A DNA stretch of 64,000 nt from Patescibacteria group bacterium (GCA_041649575.1 JBAZMW010000002.1:148487-212486), one strand, 5' to 3'; numbered from the stretch's first letter, positions 42,754 through 52,895 are shown. A program made the numbers and translations. The notes: generated from the sequence alone by a model not told the origin.

Positions 42754-44109
42754 ATGAGAAAAAACTACCAATTAGCGGTATTATTTTGTTTTTTGCTTTT
42801 TTTGCTTTTACCCTTTACGGTTGGGGCGGCCGATTTCGATCCCGATTATCTGATTTCTGATACCGAATTGGCCAATCACAATTCTTTGGACCTGTCTGAT
42901 ATTCAAAGATTTTTGGACAAAAGAAATGGCACGCTCAAGGGTTATGTCACCCTTGATAAAGAAGGCAACCTAAAAACCGCCGTCCAGGCTTTTTTCGAGG
43001 TGGCGCAGAAGTGGCTGATCAACCCCAAATATTTGTTGGTGTTGGTACAAAAAGAGCAAAGCTTACTCGAAGATACCAATCCCTCCCAGGGCCAATATGA
43101 CCGCGCTACCGGTTATGGTTGTCCCGATACCGGCGGTTGCGACGACCGCTGGAAGGGCTTCTATCGCCAGGTAAATTCCGCCGCGGCTCAAACCCGCTAT
43201 TATCTGGACAATATTAATGAGTTTACTTATCAGCCGGGAAAGGCCTATAATATTGACGGGCAGTCTGTCACTCCCAAAAACACCGCCACCGCCGGTTTGT
43301 ACAATTATACCCCCCATCTTCACGGCAATCAGAATTTCTGGAACCTTTGGAACCAGTATTTTGGCAAAAAATGGCCTAATGGCGCCCTGTTGCAAGCCGA
43401 AGGCGACGCTAGCAAGGTTTATTTGATTGAAAACGAAGAAAAACGCGAAATTATATCCAAAGCGGTTTTTGCCTCCCGCTTCGACAGTAAAAAAATAATC
43501 ACTGTCGGCCAGGAAGATCTGGATTCTTATGACTCTGGCGTGCCCATAAAATACCTCAATTTTTCCCTGCTTAAAAGCAGCCGCGGCGACATTTACATGA
43601 TCGTTGACGACCAAAAAAGAAAAATTGCCAGTCAGGAAGTTTTCAAAAAAATCGGTTTTATGGAAGATGAGGTGATTCCGGCGGATGACAGCGAGCTGGG
43701 CCTTTATAAAGACGGTCCCGAGATTACCAGCTATACCCTTTATCCCGCCGGGACGCTTTTGCAAGACAGCCAGACTAAACAAATTTTTTATGTCATCAGC
43801 GGCAAGAAGCGGCCAATAATCAATAAAGAAATCCTGGCTTTTAATTTTAACGGCTTGCCGGTCAAAAAAGTTTCTCCCGTCGAACTGGAATCGTACCGCT
43901 CTGGCAATCCCGTCACCTTGCCCGATGGTGAACTGGTCAAAATCAAGGGAGCCAATACGGTTTACGTGATTTCCAATGGCAAACGTCTGCCGATTTTCAA
44001 CGCCAAGATTTTCGAAAAAATGAATTATAAATGGACTAACGTCAAAACCGTTTCCAAAGAGACCCTGGAAGTTCATGAGCTGGGTCAAACCATCACCGGC
44101 GATTGGTAA
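42754..44109 (+). CDS. Secreted protein with four C-terminal tandem repeats of about 55 aa
   Basis: Signal peptide. Repeats of pattern (V/I)Y(L/M/V)I...KR.I......F.............L(D/E)SY..G.P(I/V). Confidence 0.55.
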   Translation: MRKNYQLAVLFCFLLFLLLPFTVGAADFDPDYLISDTELANHNSLDLSDIQRFLDKRNGTLKGYVTLDKEGNLKTAVQAFFEVAQKWLINPKYLLVLVQKEQSLLEDTNPSQGQYDRATGYGCPDTGGCDDRWKGFYRQVNSAAAQTRYYLDNINEFTYQPGKAYNIDGQSVTPKNTATAGLYNYTPHLHGNQNFWNLWNQYFGKKWPNGALLQAEGDASKVYLIENEEKREIISKAVFASRFDSKKIITVGQEDLDSYDSGVPIKYLNFSLLKSSRGDIYMIVDDQKRKIASQEVFKKIGFMEDEVIPADDSELGLYKDGPEITSYTLYPAGTLLQDSQTKQIFYVISGKKRPIINKEILAFNFNGLPVKKVSPVELESYRSGNPVTLPDGELVKIKGANTVYVISNGKRLPIFNAKIFEKMNYKWTNVKTVSKETLEVHELGQTITGDW

Positions 44110-44138
44110 AGATTGCTATCTAAATTAATCAAAAACAT

Positions 44139-44930
44139 ATGTCTCTAGTTTTCGCGGCCATTGTGCCGCATCCGCCAATTCTCATACCCACCATTGGCAA
44201 AGAAAATTTGGAAAAGATACAAAAAACCCAAAAAGCCATGGAGCGTTTGGAGCAAGACCTTTATGCTTCCAAACCAGACATTCTAATCATAATTTCCCCT
44301 CATGGCGAAGTTCAGCATGATTTTTTTACCATCAACTTGTCTAATCAGTACCAAATTAGTTTTAACGACTTCGGCGATTTTGCCACCAAATTAGAAACCG
44401 GTGGCGACACTATCCTTATCTCGGTCAATAAAGAAAAAATCAACAGCCGCTCCCCTATCAATATTATTTCCGAGCCTAACTTGGACCACGGAATTGGCGT
44501 CCCTTTTTATTATTTGGGCCAACACCTCAAGGAAACCAAGCTGATCCCGATTTATTTTTCTTTGCTGGATAATTTGGCTCATTTGGAATTCGGCAAAAAT
44601 CTGAAAGAGGCCATTATGGGCACCGAAAAAAGAGTGGCCGTGGTGGCTTCCGGCGATTTGTCGCACTGCCTGACCGAAAACGCGCCAGCGCCTTTTAGTC
44701 CGGCTGGCAAAGAATTTGATGAAAAATTAATCGCTTTGCTCAAAAATGGCGATACCCAGGGGGTGATTAATCTGGAACCAAAATTCATCGAAAGCGCCGC
44801 CGAATGCGGCCTGCGTTCGATTTTAATTCTTTTGGGAGTTTTGAATAACATTAGCTTTCAATCGGAAATCTTGAGTTATGAGGCGCCTTTCGGCGTCGGC
44901 TACCTGGTGGCGAATTTCAAATTGGAATAA
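44139..44930 (+). CDS. AmmeMemoRadiSam system protein B (MEMO1/class III extradiol dioxygenase-like)
   Basis: AIVPHPPILIP and IIISPHG motifs of the Memo/LigB-like fold. Confidence 0.7.
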   Translation: MSLVFAAIVPHPPILIPTIGKENLEKIQKTQKAMERLEQDLYASKPDILIIISPHGEVQHDFFTINLSNQYQISFNDFGDFATKLETGGDTILISVNKEKINSRSPINIISEPNLDHGIGVPFYYLGQHLKETKLIPIYFSLLDNLAHLEFGKNLKEAIMGTEKRVAVVASGDLSHCLTENAPAPFSPAGKEFDEKLIALLKNGDTQGVINLEPKFIESAAECGLRSILILLGVLNNISFQSEILSYEAPFGVGYLVANFKLE

Positions 44931-44968
44931 AGATTAATTTTTTAAAACCGCCCTCGTTGGCGGTTTTT

Positions 44969-45283
44969 TTATTTGTCTGCCAGTACTTTAAAAAAATATT
45001 TCCACCTCTCTTTTTGCGCCAGTTCCTTGGTCTCGTTTAAGGCTCTCTCTATTATAATCTGGTTATTTTCTTTGCAAACCTTAAAAACAGAATTCCGCTT
45101 AAAAGCCGGCACGCCCAGCTCCTTGATTATTTTTAGAGCCAGTTCTTGCCATTGGTAAGCGGGCGGCTTTTTTGACTGCCGATTGGTAAAAATATCACTT
45201 AATGATTGAAGTCCTTTATTGTCTTTCATACCTAAGGAATTGTAATGGGATTTCTTTAAAAAGTTAAGAGGTGCGAAAATCAA
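44969..45283 (-). CDS. Hypothetical protein (104 aa)
   Basis: ORF only. No motif recognised. Confidence 0.35.
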   Translation of the reverse strand: MIFAPLNFLKKSHYNSLGMKDNKGLQSLSDIFTNRQSKKPPAYQWQELALKIIKELGVPAFKRNSVFKVCKENNQIIIERALNETKELAQKERWKYFFKVLADK

Positions 45284-45368
45284 GTAATATTTTGCACCTC
45301 GTTTTTATTTAAAAAAATTGACAAAACTTAGTATAAATTAATATAATATAAAAAACTTAAATAAATTC

Positions 45369-45827
45369 ATGCTTCAAATACTAACCAATCCCAATCCAAT
45401 TTTGCGCCAAAAATCAGTCTTGGTCGCCGATTTTACTAATGAAGAAGTCCAGAAACTGGTGCCGGAAATGGCCGAGACTATGCTCAAAAAAGACGGGCTC
45501 GGTCTGGCCGCGCCACAAATTGGTAAAAATATCAGATTGATAGTAGTGAGCCATAAGGATGGTGTTTTGGCTCTGTTTAACCCAAAAATTATTAAAAAAT
45601 CTTGGTTTAAAGAATGGGGCGAAGAGGGTTGTTTGTCTCTGCCGGATAAATACGGCGAAGTCAAACGTCATAAGAATATAACTGTAAAATTCGATGATAC
45701 CACAGGCAAATCAGAATGTTTGGAAGCCAAGGGTTTATTGGCCAGAGTAATTCAGCATGAAATCGACCACTTGGACGGAGTTTTGTTTATTGATAAAGCT
45801 AGAAAAATCGTAAATATCGACAAATAA
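45369..45827 (+). CDS. def: Peptide deformylase
   Basis: GLGLAAPQIG, EGCLS and HEIDHLDG motifs. Confidence 0.92.
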   Translation: MLQILTNPNPILRQKSVLVADFTNEEVQKLVPEMAETMLKKDGLGLAAPQIGKNIRLIVVSHKDGVLALFNPKIIKKSWFKEWGEEGCLSLPDKYGEVKRHKNITVKFDDTTGKSECLEAKGLLARVIQHEIDHLDGVLFIDKARKIVNIDK

Positions 45828-45835
45828 AACACGAA

Positions 45836-45861
45836 GAACGGGCACCGGTTGGCACCCGTTC
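45836..45861. terminator. Bidirectional terminator between def and a convergent small gene
   Basis: GAACGGGcaccggttggcaCCCGTTC. Confidence 0.5.
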
Positions 45862-45892
45862 GGTTCCACAGAACAAACTCACGTCGCCTTGA

Positions 45893-46099
45893 TCACGCTG
45901 GCTCCAGCAGTCTGAAGCATATCATCATGCCGATGAAGCAACAGGCCGCCACAACCATTAAGCGCTCGATTCTCCTTTCCCAACCATGCCTCATGTTTTC
46001 ATAGACGAGTGGGATCGCAAAGCCGGAGAATAAGCCAATTAGGCCAAGAACCACCATGACCACTAGCAATGCACCGTGATATGCGGTAAACATGTCCAA
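45893..46099 (-). CDS. Small membrane protein (68 aa, two TM), G+C-rich
   Basis: AGGAGGG RBS before the ATG (minus). GC-rich relative to flanks. Confidence 0.45.
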   Translation of the reverse strand: MDMFTAYHGALLVVMVVLGLIGLFSGFAIPLVYENMRHGWERRIERLMVVAACCFIGMMICFRLLEPA

Positions 46100-46157
46100 G
46101 ACCCTCCTGTGTCTGTTGAAATTGTGCTTGTCAAAAACATACCATTAAAATTTACAA

Positions 46158-47096
46158 ATGTCAAAAACAAAAATCATCTTTGCCGGCACGCCGGAATTCG
46201 CCGTGCCGTTTTTAAAAGCTCTGACCGAAGACTCCGATTTTGAAATTATTGGCGTCATTACTCAACCTGATAAGCCTTCCGGCCGAAAACAAGAATTTGT
46301 CCCCTCACCTATCAAACAACTGGCTCTGAAACTTGGTTTAAAAATTTGGCAACCAGGCAGTGTTAAGAATAATCCCGAGTTAGAAAAAGAATTAAAACAA
46401 GTTAGTCCGGATTTATTAGTAGTAGTCGCCTTCGGTCAAATTATTCCGCAAGAAATTTTGGACTTAGCCAAATTTGGCAATATTAATGTCCACCCCTCTC
46501 TTTTACCCAAATACCGCGGGGCTTCTCCGGTTCAGAGTGCCATTTTGACCGGCGAAACAAAGACGGGTGTCACTATCATGCTGATGGACCAAAAAATGGA
46601 TCACGGGCCAATTTTGAGCCAAAAAACCCTACTCCTTAATAGCGAAGAAACCAATCAATCCCTACACCAGGCCTTGGCAGAGCTGGGGGTGCCGCTTTTA
46701 CTGACCACCATCAAAGGCTTTTTGGGGGGTAAAATTAAGCCCCAGGAACAAAATCACGAGTCAGCCACTTTTTGCCAGACCATAACCAAAGACAGTGCCA
46801 AAATTGATTGGTCCAACGCGGCAATTGAGATCAAAAGAAAAATTTATGCTTTTTATCCCTGGCCAGGCGTTTGGGCTATTTGGGGTGGCAAGAGGATCAA
46901 GTTTTTTCCGCCAGCAGAAATCGTCAATGATTCAAAAAAACCGGGTGAAATTTTTTTGTCTGGAGACGGCTTAGCTGTTGGTTGTGGCCAAGGGTCGTTG
47001 AAAATTTCCAAGTTGCAACTGGAAGGCAAAAAAGAAATGACCGCCCAAGAGTTTTTGCGCGGCTATAACAAAGTTGTTGGTGAAATTCTAAAATAA
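46158..47096 (+). CDS. fmt: Methionyl-tRNA formyltransferase
   Basis: IIFAGTPEFAVP...NVHPSLLPKYRGASPVQSAIL motifs. Confidence 0.92.
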   Translation: MSKTKIIFAGTPEFAVPFLKALTEDSDFEIIGVITQPDKPSGRKQEFVPSPIKQLALKLGLKIWQPGSVKNNPELEKELKQVSPDLLVVVAFGQIIPQEILDLAKFGNINVHPSLLPKYRGASPVQSAILTGETKTGVTIMLMDQKMDHGPILSQKTLLLNSEETNQSLHQALAELGVPLLLTTIKGFLGGKIKPQEQNHESATFCQTITKDSAKIDWSNAAIEIKRKIYAFYPWPGVWAIWGGKRIKFFPPAEIVNDSKKPGEIFLSGDGLAVGCGQGSLKISKLQLEGKKEMTAQEFLRGYNKVVGEILK

Positions 47097-47134
47097 AACT
47101 ACGGCTTCCGATGATTTATAATATACTATCTAAG

Positions 47135-48424
47135 TCAAGCTCGTTTTGTCAATTTATGGCTGATAGGCAGCCCAACCAGCAGGATTAAAATTATATCCAA
47201 ATAAAATTCTTCGCGCATCAAATAATTGGTATAAATGCTCATAACCGTCACGAAGCTGAAATAAGCAAAAAGCATAACCGACAAAACAGTCGGTTTTTTG
47301 GTCACCCAGTTATAAATAACAGCCAAAAGCACTCCCCAAAAAATTGCCGCCACGATTATCCCCAGCCAGCCGAAATCTACCCAATAATTGAACAAAAAAG
47401 TCGCTGTCACCCACCAGGGCAAAAACATTTCTTTCCAAGCAATGGCGCCGTTTAGCTCCGGAGCGCCGAAAATTTTTAAGAACGAATTGAAAGTCGATAA
47501 ACCGTAACCGCCCCAGTGCCAATTAGCATAACTGAAATAATCGGTAGCCCTGAAAAACGCTTGCAGATTAAAGGCGGGAATCAAATAAAGCGGAATCAGG
47601 AAGTCGAGTTGGGCGGGCAGATTAAGTTTTGACAGGTCGGCCAAGTAGGTAAAAGCGTTGTAATCGACATCCGCATAATAATCGCGGTAAGTGATAAAAT
47701 GTCTGAACATCGGTATGGCCACAGAGATCACCAAGACCAAAATAAGCACCACCATCGAAGCCACAGCGATTTTGCGCCAATTGATTTTTTTAATCTTTAT
47801 AATCAGATAACCGAAATAGCTCATCAGTATCGGTAAAATTATCACCAGGCGCGAGGCATAAAGCGACAAGAGCAAAAAGCCCAACAAAATGTTAATAAAA
47901 ATTATTATTTTGACCACCCGGCTTCTGCGGCCGCTCAAGAGGAAGATAAAAGCCAGAGGAATAATAATTCTGGGCAGTAGCGCGGCATATTCCCAAAGTC
48001 CGAAAACTTGTTTGTTGATAATAAAACGCATTTTGTCGGGAACCGACGAGAGTATCGGCAAAGTGCCAAAACGGCTGAAAATATAAGCGTTAGCCGCCAA
48101 ACTCAGAATTGTTAAAATTAGAATCGTTATTAAAAATATTTTACTATTGGTCGTCTCTATTATCTGGCCAGCTTTAATTTTTCGGTTAGCCAACCGGCTG
48201 AAAATCACGTAACTCAAATAAAAAAGTAAAAAAAATAAGGCTAAAATCAGCCAGAATTTGCCGCTCCAGGCCGCTTCATACGGACTAAGCCGCAACTGCG
48301 CTACACCAATCGCCAGGAGCCACAGCGACAAGAGCAATTTGGCCGGGGAAAATTTATTGTTGCCAAAAAAATAGCTCAAACCGACGGCCATGCCCAAGAT
48401 TATAAAAACAAAAAATAGAACCAT
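47135..48424 (-). CDS. Polytopic membrane protein, O-antigen/oligosaccharide polymerase-like
   Basis: About 11 predicted TM helices. Sits in the glycosyltransferase cluster. Confidence 0.5.
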   Translation of the reverse strand: MVLFFVFIILGMAVGLSYFFGNNKFSPAKLLLSLWLLAIGVAQLRLSPYEAAWSGKFWLILALFFLLFYLSYVIFSRLANRKIKAGQIIETTNSKIFLITILILTILSLAANAYIFSRFGTLPILSSVPDKMRFIINKQVFGLWEYAALLPRIIIPLAFIFLLSGRRSRVVKIIIFINILLGFLLLSLYASRLVIILPILMSYFGYLIIKIKKINWRKIAVASMVVLILVLVISVAIPMFRHFITYRDYYADVDYNAFTYLADLSKLNLPAQLDFLIPLYLIPAFNLQAFFRATDYFSYANWHWGGYGLSTFNSFLKIFGAPELNGAIAWKEMFLPWWVTATFLFNYWVDFGWLGIIVAAIFWGVLLAVIYNWVTKKPTVLSVMLFAYFSFVTVMSIYTNYLMREEFYLDIILILLVGLPISHKLTKRA

Positions 48425-48427
48425 AAA

Positions 48428-49201
48428 TCAATTTTTAAAACCATATTTTTTAAAATACAACCAAGCGCTTTTGAAAAACTGCCATTGCTTGTTTATCACG
48501 CCTTGCTGAGAAAAACTCTGGCCGCCATGATGAATTATTTGCGCCTGGGGCGTGTAGAAAACCTGATAGCCTTTTTGTCTGGCCCGGCGGCAAAAATCAA
48601 CTTCCTCAAACCAGATAAAAAATCTTTCATCGAGCGGGCCAATCTCGCCGATAACCCTCTTGGGCAGCAGCATAAAAGCGCCCATTACCTGATCGACCGT
48701 CTGTTCTTTCTGATAATCAAAATCCTTAGCCAGATAGCGGTTGACTGATTTAAAACTAAAAAACTTTGGCAGTTTTAGAAACAGCAGCAGTATCGGCCAA
48801 AGTCGCGGAAATCGCCGTACCGATGGCTGGACGCTTTTGTCGGAATTTAATAACTGGCAGCCCAAAATTCCTATCCGGGGATTATCTTTTATGATTGCCA
48901 AACATTTTTCTAAACTTCCAGACAAAACTTCCGTATCGGGATTTAGCAGTAGAATAAATTCGCCCTGGGCTTCTTTCAGGGCTAGGTTGTTGGCCTTGGC
49001 AAAACCCAAGTTTTGTTTATTGGCTATCAGTTTCACCTCAGGGAATTTTTGCCTGACCGTTTCCACTGTGCCGTCTGAAGAAGCATTGTCTACTAATACG
49101 ATTTCCCAACTCAAGCCAGCGCTGTTTTTGCTGATAGTTGTCAGGCATTTATTTAATAATTCTTTGACATTCCAGGAAACTATGACAATTGATAAATCCA
49201 T
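48428..49201 (-). CDS. Family 2 glycosyltransferase
   Basis: IVIVSWN...VLVDNASSDGT and a DxD-type motif. Confidence 0.8.
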   Translation of the reverse strand: MDLSIVIVSWNVKELLNKCLTTISKNSAGLSWEIVLVDNASSDGTVETVRQKFPEVKLIANKQNLGFAKANNLALKEAQGEFILLLNPDTEVLSGSLEKCLAIIKDNPRIGILGCQLLNSDKSVQPSVRRFPRLWPILLLFLKLPKFFSFKSVNRYLAKDFDYQKEQTVDQVMGAFMLLPKRVIGEIGPLDERFFIWFEEVDFCRRARQKGYQVFYTPQAQIIHHGGQSFSQQGVINKQWQFFKSAWLYFKKYGFKN

Positions 49202-49202
49202 A

Positions 49203-49886
49203 CTAAGTTAGTTGGTGTTTTTTTTGTATTAATTCTTTGGCTTTCAGATATTTTTCTTTATTTTTTGTTTTTACCGGCAACTGATAAATAAAACTGGGCA
49301 GCCAGTGGCTCATGGTGCCGCCGGTTTTAATTGTAAACAAAACCTCATCCAGCCAAATTCCCCGTCCGCCTCGCTCGCTGATGGTTAAAAACAAATCCCA
49401 GTCCTGAAATTTTTTTAAACTCTCGTCCCAACCAGGAAAAAACTTTCTTCTAATCAGCGAGGTGGAATGAATATAAGGAAGCTGTTTTAACTTTTCGGAG
49501 TCAAACGGCCAAAGTCTGAACTTCTTCCAGCCGAATTTAAACGAAGAATAAGCAAAAGCCGCTGACTCATCGTTTTCCAAAGCCGTCAGCATCTTTTCTA
49601 GGGCCGAGAGTTTCAGAATGATATCGGCATCGCAAAAAAACAAATACTGGCCGCCGCTTTCTTTAAAGCCGGCGTTTCTGGCCGCCGCCGCGCCTTTGTT
49701 TTCCTGGCGGATTAATCTGATCCCCTCTTGCCAGGGAGCTACGGCCGTAGCGATAGCCTCTTTTGATCCATCGTCGACAATGATCAGCTCGAAATCCCTA
49801 AAAGTCTGGCTAAAAAGACTAACCAAACACTTCTGGAGCGACTTGGCCTGGTTGTAAACAGGTATAATGATGCTAATTTTTGGCAT
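49203..49886 (-). CDS. Family 2 glycosyltransferase
   Basis: ISIIIPVYN...LIIVDDGS. Confidence 0.8.
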   Translation of the reverse strand: MPKISIIIPVYNQAKSLQKCLVSLFSQTFRDFELIIVDDGSKEAIATAVAPWQEGIRLIRQENKGAAAARNAGFKESGGQYLFFCDADIILKLSALEKMLTALENDESAAFAYSSFKFGWKKFRLWPFDSEKLKQLPYIHSTSLIRRKFFPGWDESLKKFQDWDLFLTISERGGRGIWLDEVLFTIKTGGTMSHWLPSFIYQLPVKTKNKEKYLKAKELIQKKHQLT

Positions 49887-50730
49887 TCTGTTTGTATTTT
49901 AAATAACCCCGGACAGCGCCCATAAAATGATACCAGCCTCCCAGCTTGGCTATCATTTTGACCTTAAGTCTGTCTGATAAAGACGGCTTTTGGAATGGAG
50001 TAAAACTATTTAAACTGTCACCGCTCTTGATTTTTTGATAGTTAAAAATTAAATCGCCAAAGTTTTTTATCTCTTTGATTTTTAAATAAGCTGTTTTTTC
50101 GCCGAATTTCCTTTGTTTGTCAAGATAATTTTTTATACTACTGGCGTAATCATGATAAATTATTACATCGGGATAATACCTTATTTTGTATTCTTTTCGA
50201 CAACGGCCAATAAATTCCCGGCCCTCATGGCCATAATCAAGATTGGCGTCGAACAAGCCTACTTTAGCAAAAACTTCGCGCTTAATGGCGCAATTACCCT
50301 CGAGCAGCACTGGCGATTCAGTCGGCTGGTCTCCCTGATAATAATGAGGCGCAAAGTATTGCCAAAGATTATTATTTAACGGTTTGACTCGGCCGGTAAT
50401 TATCGCTTCGTGGAGCATAATTTCGCTGATGTTTTTTAGCCAGTTTTTGTCGGCCAAGGCGTCGTCGTCAAAAAAAACAATTATTTCTCCGCCAGAATTT
50501 TTAACGCCACTGTTTCTGGCCTGCGACACGCCGCCGTGTTCTTCCTTTAAATATTTCAAACTCAACCTATCTTTAAACTGCTTGGCTGTTTTTTCCGTGT
50601 CATCAATACTGCCGTCATCGACAACTATCACCTCGAATTTCTCCTTGGCAAAATCCTGCTCTACCAAGCTTGCCAGAGCCTTGGATAAATAGTTGGCCCG
50701 ATTATAAGTTGGAATCACTACTGACAGCAT
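49873..50730 (-). CDS. Family 2 glycosyltransferase
   Basis: LSVVIPTYNR...VIVVDDGSIDDT. Confidence 0.8.
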   Translation of the reverse strand: MLSVVIPTYNRANYLSKALASLVEQDFAKEKFEVIVVDDGSIDDTEKTAKQFKDRLSLKYLKEEHGGVSQARNSGVKNSGGEIIVFFDDDALADKNWLKNISEIMLHEAIITGRVKPLNNNLWQYFAPHYYQGDQPTESPVLLEGNCAIKREVFAKVGLFDANLDYGHEGREFIGRCRKEYKIRYYPDVIIYHDYASSIKNYLDKQRKFGEKTAYLKIKEIKNFGDLIFNYQKIKSGDSLNSFTPFQKPSLSDRLKVKMIAKLGGWYHFMGAVRGYLKYKQNAKN

Positions 50731-52168
50731 TTTCTTTTTTGAATAATAATGATTTAGTCTGCATGATATCTTTTTTTGAAAAACCCCCCACCAGTACCAG
50801 CGTAACCAGATAAACCAGTGCTCCTAGCGGCGCAGTTATTACAAAAGACCAATAACCTTTTAGCCACACAACCACCAGACTCATCACCAGACAGCTAAAG
50901 GTTATTTTGGCAAAAGAAATCAATAAATATTTTTTATCATATTTGACGATTTTTTCAATCACCACTATGCCCAGAGCAAACAAAACAACATAACTGATCA
51001 AAGCGGCTACGGCAGCCCCATTATAACCGTAAAGCGGTATTAGAATTAAATTTAAAATTATATTCAAAACGGCGATAATGCCCAGATGAACGGTGTTTCT
51101 GGTTTGTTTGTCGCAGGCGTTGAGCATGGCGCCTATCGGAAAGCACAAAAAAACCAAAACCAAAGAAGAAATCAGGATTTGCAAAGGCAAAATCGCCCCT
51201 TGATATTCTTGGCCGAAAATCGGCGGCAGGAATTTATCCGCCAGAACAATTACCCCGAAAGATATGGGCAAAGAAATCAACATCAGAAAATACATCGATT
51301 TGGCGAAAGTTTTAGACAACAATTCCTTGGAAGCGACAAAATATCTGCAAAAAGCCGGATAAATGCTGGCCGAAAAAGCCACGGCTACAAACTGCAGGGC
51401 AAAAGTGATTTTGTAAGCCACGCTATAGAGGCCAACCGCTTTATCATTAGCCAGCTTGGACAATAACACGATATCCATCGAAGAATAAATTCTGATAAAA
51501 AATCCGGCGATGGCAAAAGGCAGAGCCAGCCGAAAGAGTTCTTTGATTATTTTTTTATCAAATCGGAAAATGGTTAGAATTTTTAATTTTATTTTCAAAA
51601 ATAGCGCGGCATAAAAAAAGTTGAACAGACTGCCCAGTAGATAAGCGCCCATCAAAATTACCAAGCCCAACTGCAATTTTATAATTACCAGTCCCGCCCC
51701 CAAAACGATCAGTTGGTTTAAAATCACACCGTAGCTCTCGAATCTCAAGTTTTGGTGGCCGCGTAAAATGCCGTAAAAACTCAAGGCGAATGAATCCAAA
51801 AGCATCACAAAACCGGAAACATAAACTAATTGTTTGGTGATTTCCGGATAACCCATCAGATTGATAACCACTATTACCAAAGCATAAATTATTACCGACC
51901 CAAGAAGCTTGAGGCCCAGGACATTGGCCAGGTATTTTTGAGAATTTTTTATATCCCGGGCGCTTTCTCGAATAAGTATTTGCGTCAGACCAAAATCGAG
52001 AAACATGGCAAAAATAGTGGTAAAACTCAAAGCGAAAGAATATTTGCCGGTGTTTTCCACGCCGATGCTTCGCGCTACCAGAATAAAATATACAAAAGAA
52101 AGAATCTTTTGTATGGTTAGGGCGGCAGTAAAAAAAGTAGTATTTTTGACGAGGTTGCTGCTAGACAT
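50702..52168 (-). CDS. Polysaccharide flippase (Wzx/MOP superfamily)
   Basis: Fourteen-TM PST-family profile. N-terminal KNTTFFTAALTIQKILSFVYFILVAR. Confidence 0.75.
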   Translation of the reverse strand: MSSSNLVKNTTFFTAALTIQKILSFVYFILVARSIGVENTGKYSFALSFTTIFAMFLDFGLTQILIRESARDIKNSQKYLANVLGLKLLGSVIIYALVIVVINLMGYPEITKQLVYVSGFVMLLDSFALSFYGILRGHQNLRFESYGVILNQLIVLGAGLVIIKLQLGLVILMGAYLLGSLFNFFYAALFLKIKLKILTIFRFDKKIIKELFRLALPFAIAGFFIRIYSSMDIVLLSKLANDKAVGLYSVAYKITFALQFVAVAFSASIYPAFCRYFVASKELLSKTFAKSMYFLMLISLPISFGVIVLADKFLPPIFGQEYQGAILPLQILISSLVLVFLCFPIGAMLNACDKQTRNTVHLGIIAVLNIILNLILIPLYGYNGAAVAALISYVVLFALGIVVIEKIVKYDKKYLLISFAKITFSCLVMSLVVVWLKGYWSFVITAPLGALVYLVTLVLVGGFSKKDIMQTKSLLFKKENAVSSDSNL

Positions 52169-52196
52169 GCGGTTGATTATAATAAGCTAACTTTCC

Positions 52197-52895
52197 TTAA
52201 CCAAAATAGATATTTTTCAACTCTTTATTATTTAAGATGTCTTTATTTCCCTCAAGCGCCACTTGACCATTTTCTAAAACATAAGTCCGATTGGCCAGCT
52301 CTACGGCCTGTCTGGCATTTTGTTCAACAATCATAATCGAAACACCGGTGCTACTTATTTGTTTTATAGTAACAAAAATTTCTTTCATGGCTCTTGGAGA
52401 TAAACCTAGCGACGGTTCGTCTAAAAGCAATAATTGCGGGCTCTGTATTAACGCTCGGCTAATGGCCAAAAGTTGCTGTTGACCTCCCGATAGATTAGCG
52501 GTTCTTTGTTTTTGTTTTTCTTTTAAAATTGGGAATTGATTAAAAATCTTTTTTATTTTCTCAGCCACGCTTTTTCTGTCTTTAAAAATAAATGCCCCCA
52601 TTTCTAAATTCTCTTTTACGGTCATATTGCCAAAAACTTGCCGACCCTGTGGAACATAGCTTATACCTAATTCAATTAGTTTGTAGGTGGGAATCTTGGT
52701 GATTTCCCGATCATTCCAGATTATTTGGCCAGCATAAATATCGCACTGGTTGAAAATGCTTTTTAGAACCGTGGATTTACCAGCCCCATTGGGTCCGATT
52801 ATGGCCACTATCTCCCCTTCTTTGACTGTAATATCAACACCAAAGAGAATTTGCAGTTTTTCGTAGCCGGATTCGATTTTTTTTAGCTCCAACAT
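52197..52895 (-). CDS. livF: ABC transporter ATP-binding protein, LivF-like
   Basis: GPNGAGKST Walker A, LSGGQQQ signature, LLLDEP. Confidence 0.85.
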   Translation of the reverse strand: MLELKKIESGYEKLQILFGVDITVKEGEIVAIIGPNGAGKSTVLKSIFNQCDIYAGQIIWNDREITKIPTYKLIELGISYVPQGRQVFGNMTVKENLEMGAFIFKDRKSVAEKIKKIFNQFPILKEKQKQRTANLSGGQQQLLAISRALIQSPQLLLLDEPSLGLSPRAMKEIFVTIKQISSTGVSIMIVEQNARQAVELANRTYVLENGQVALEGNKDILNNKELKNIYFG

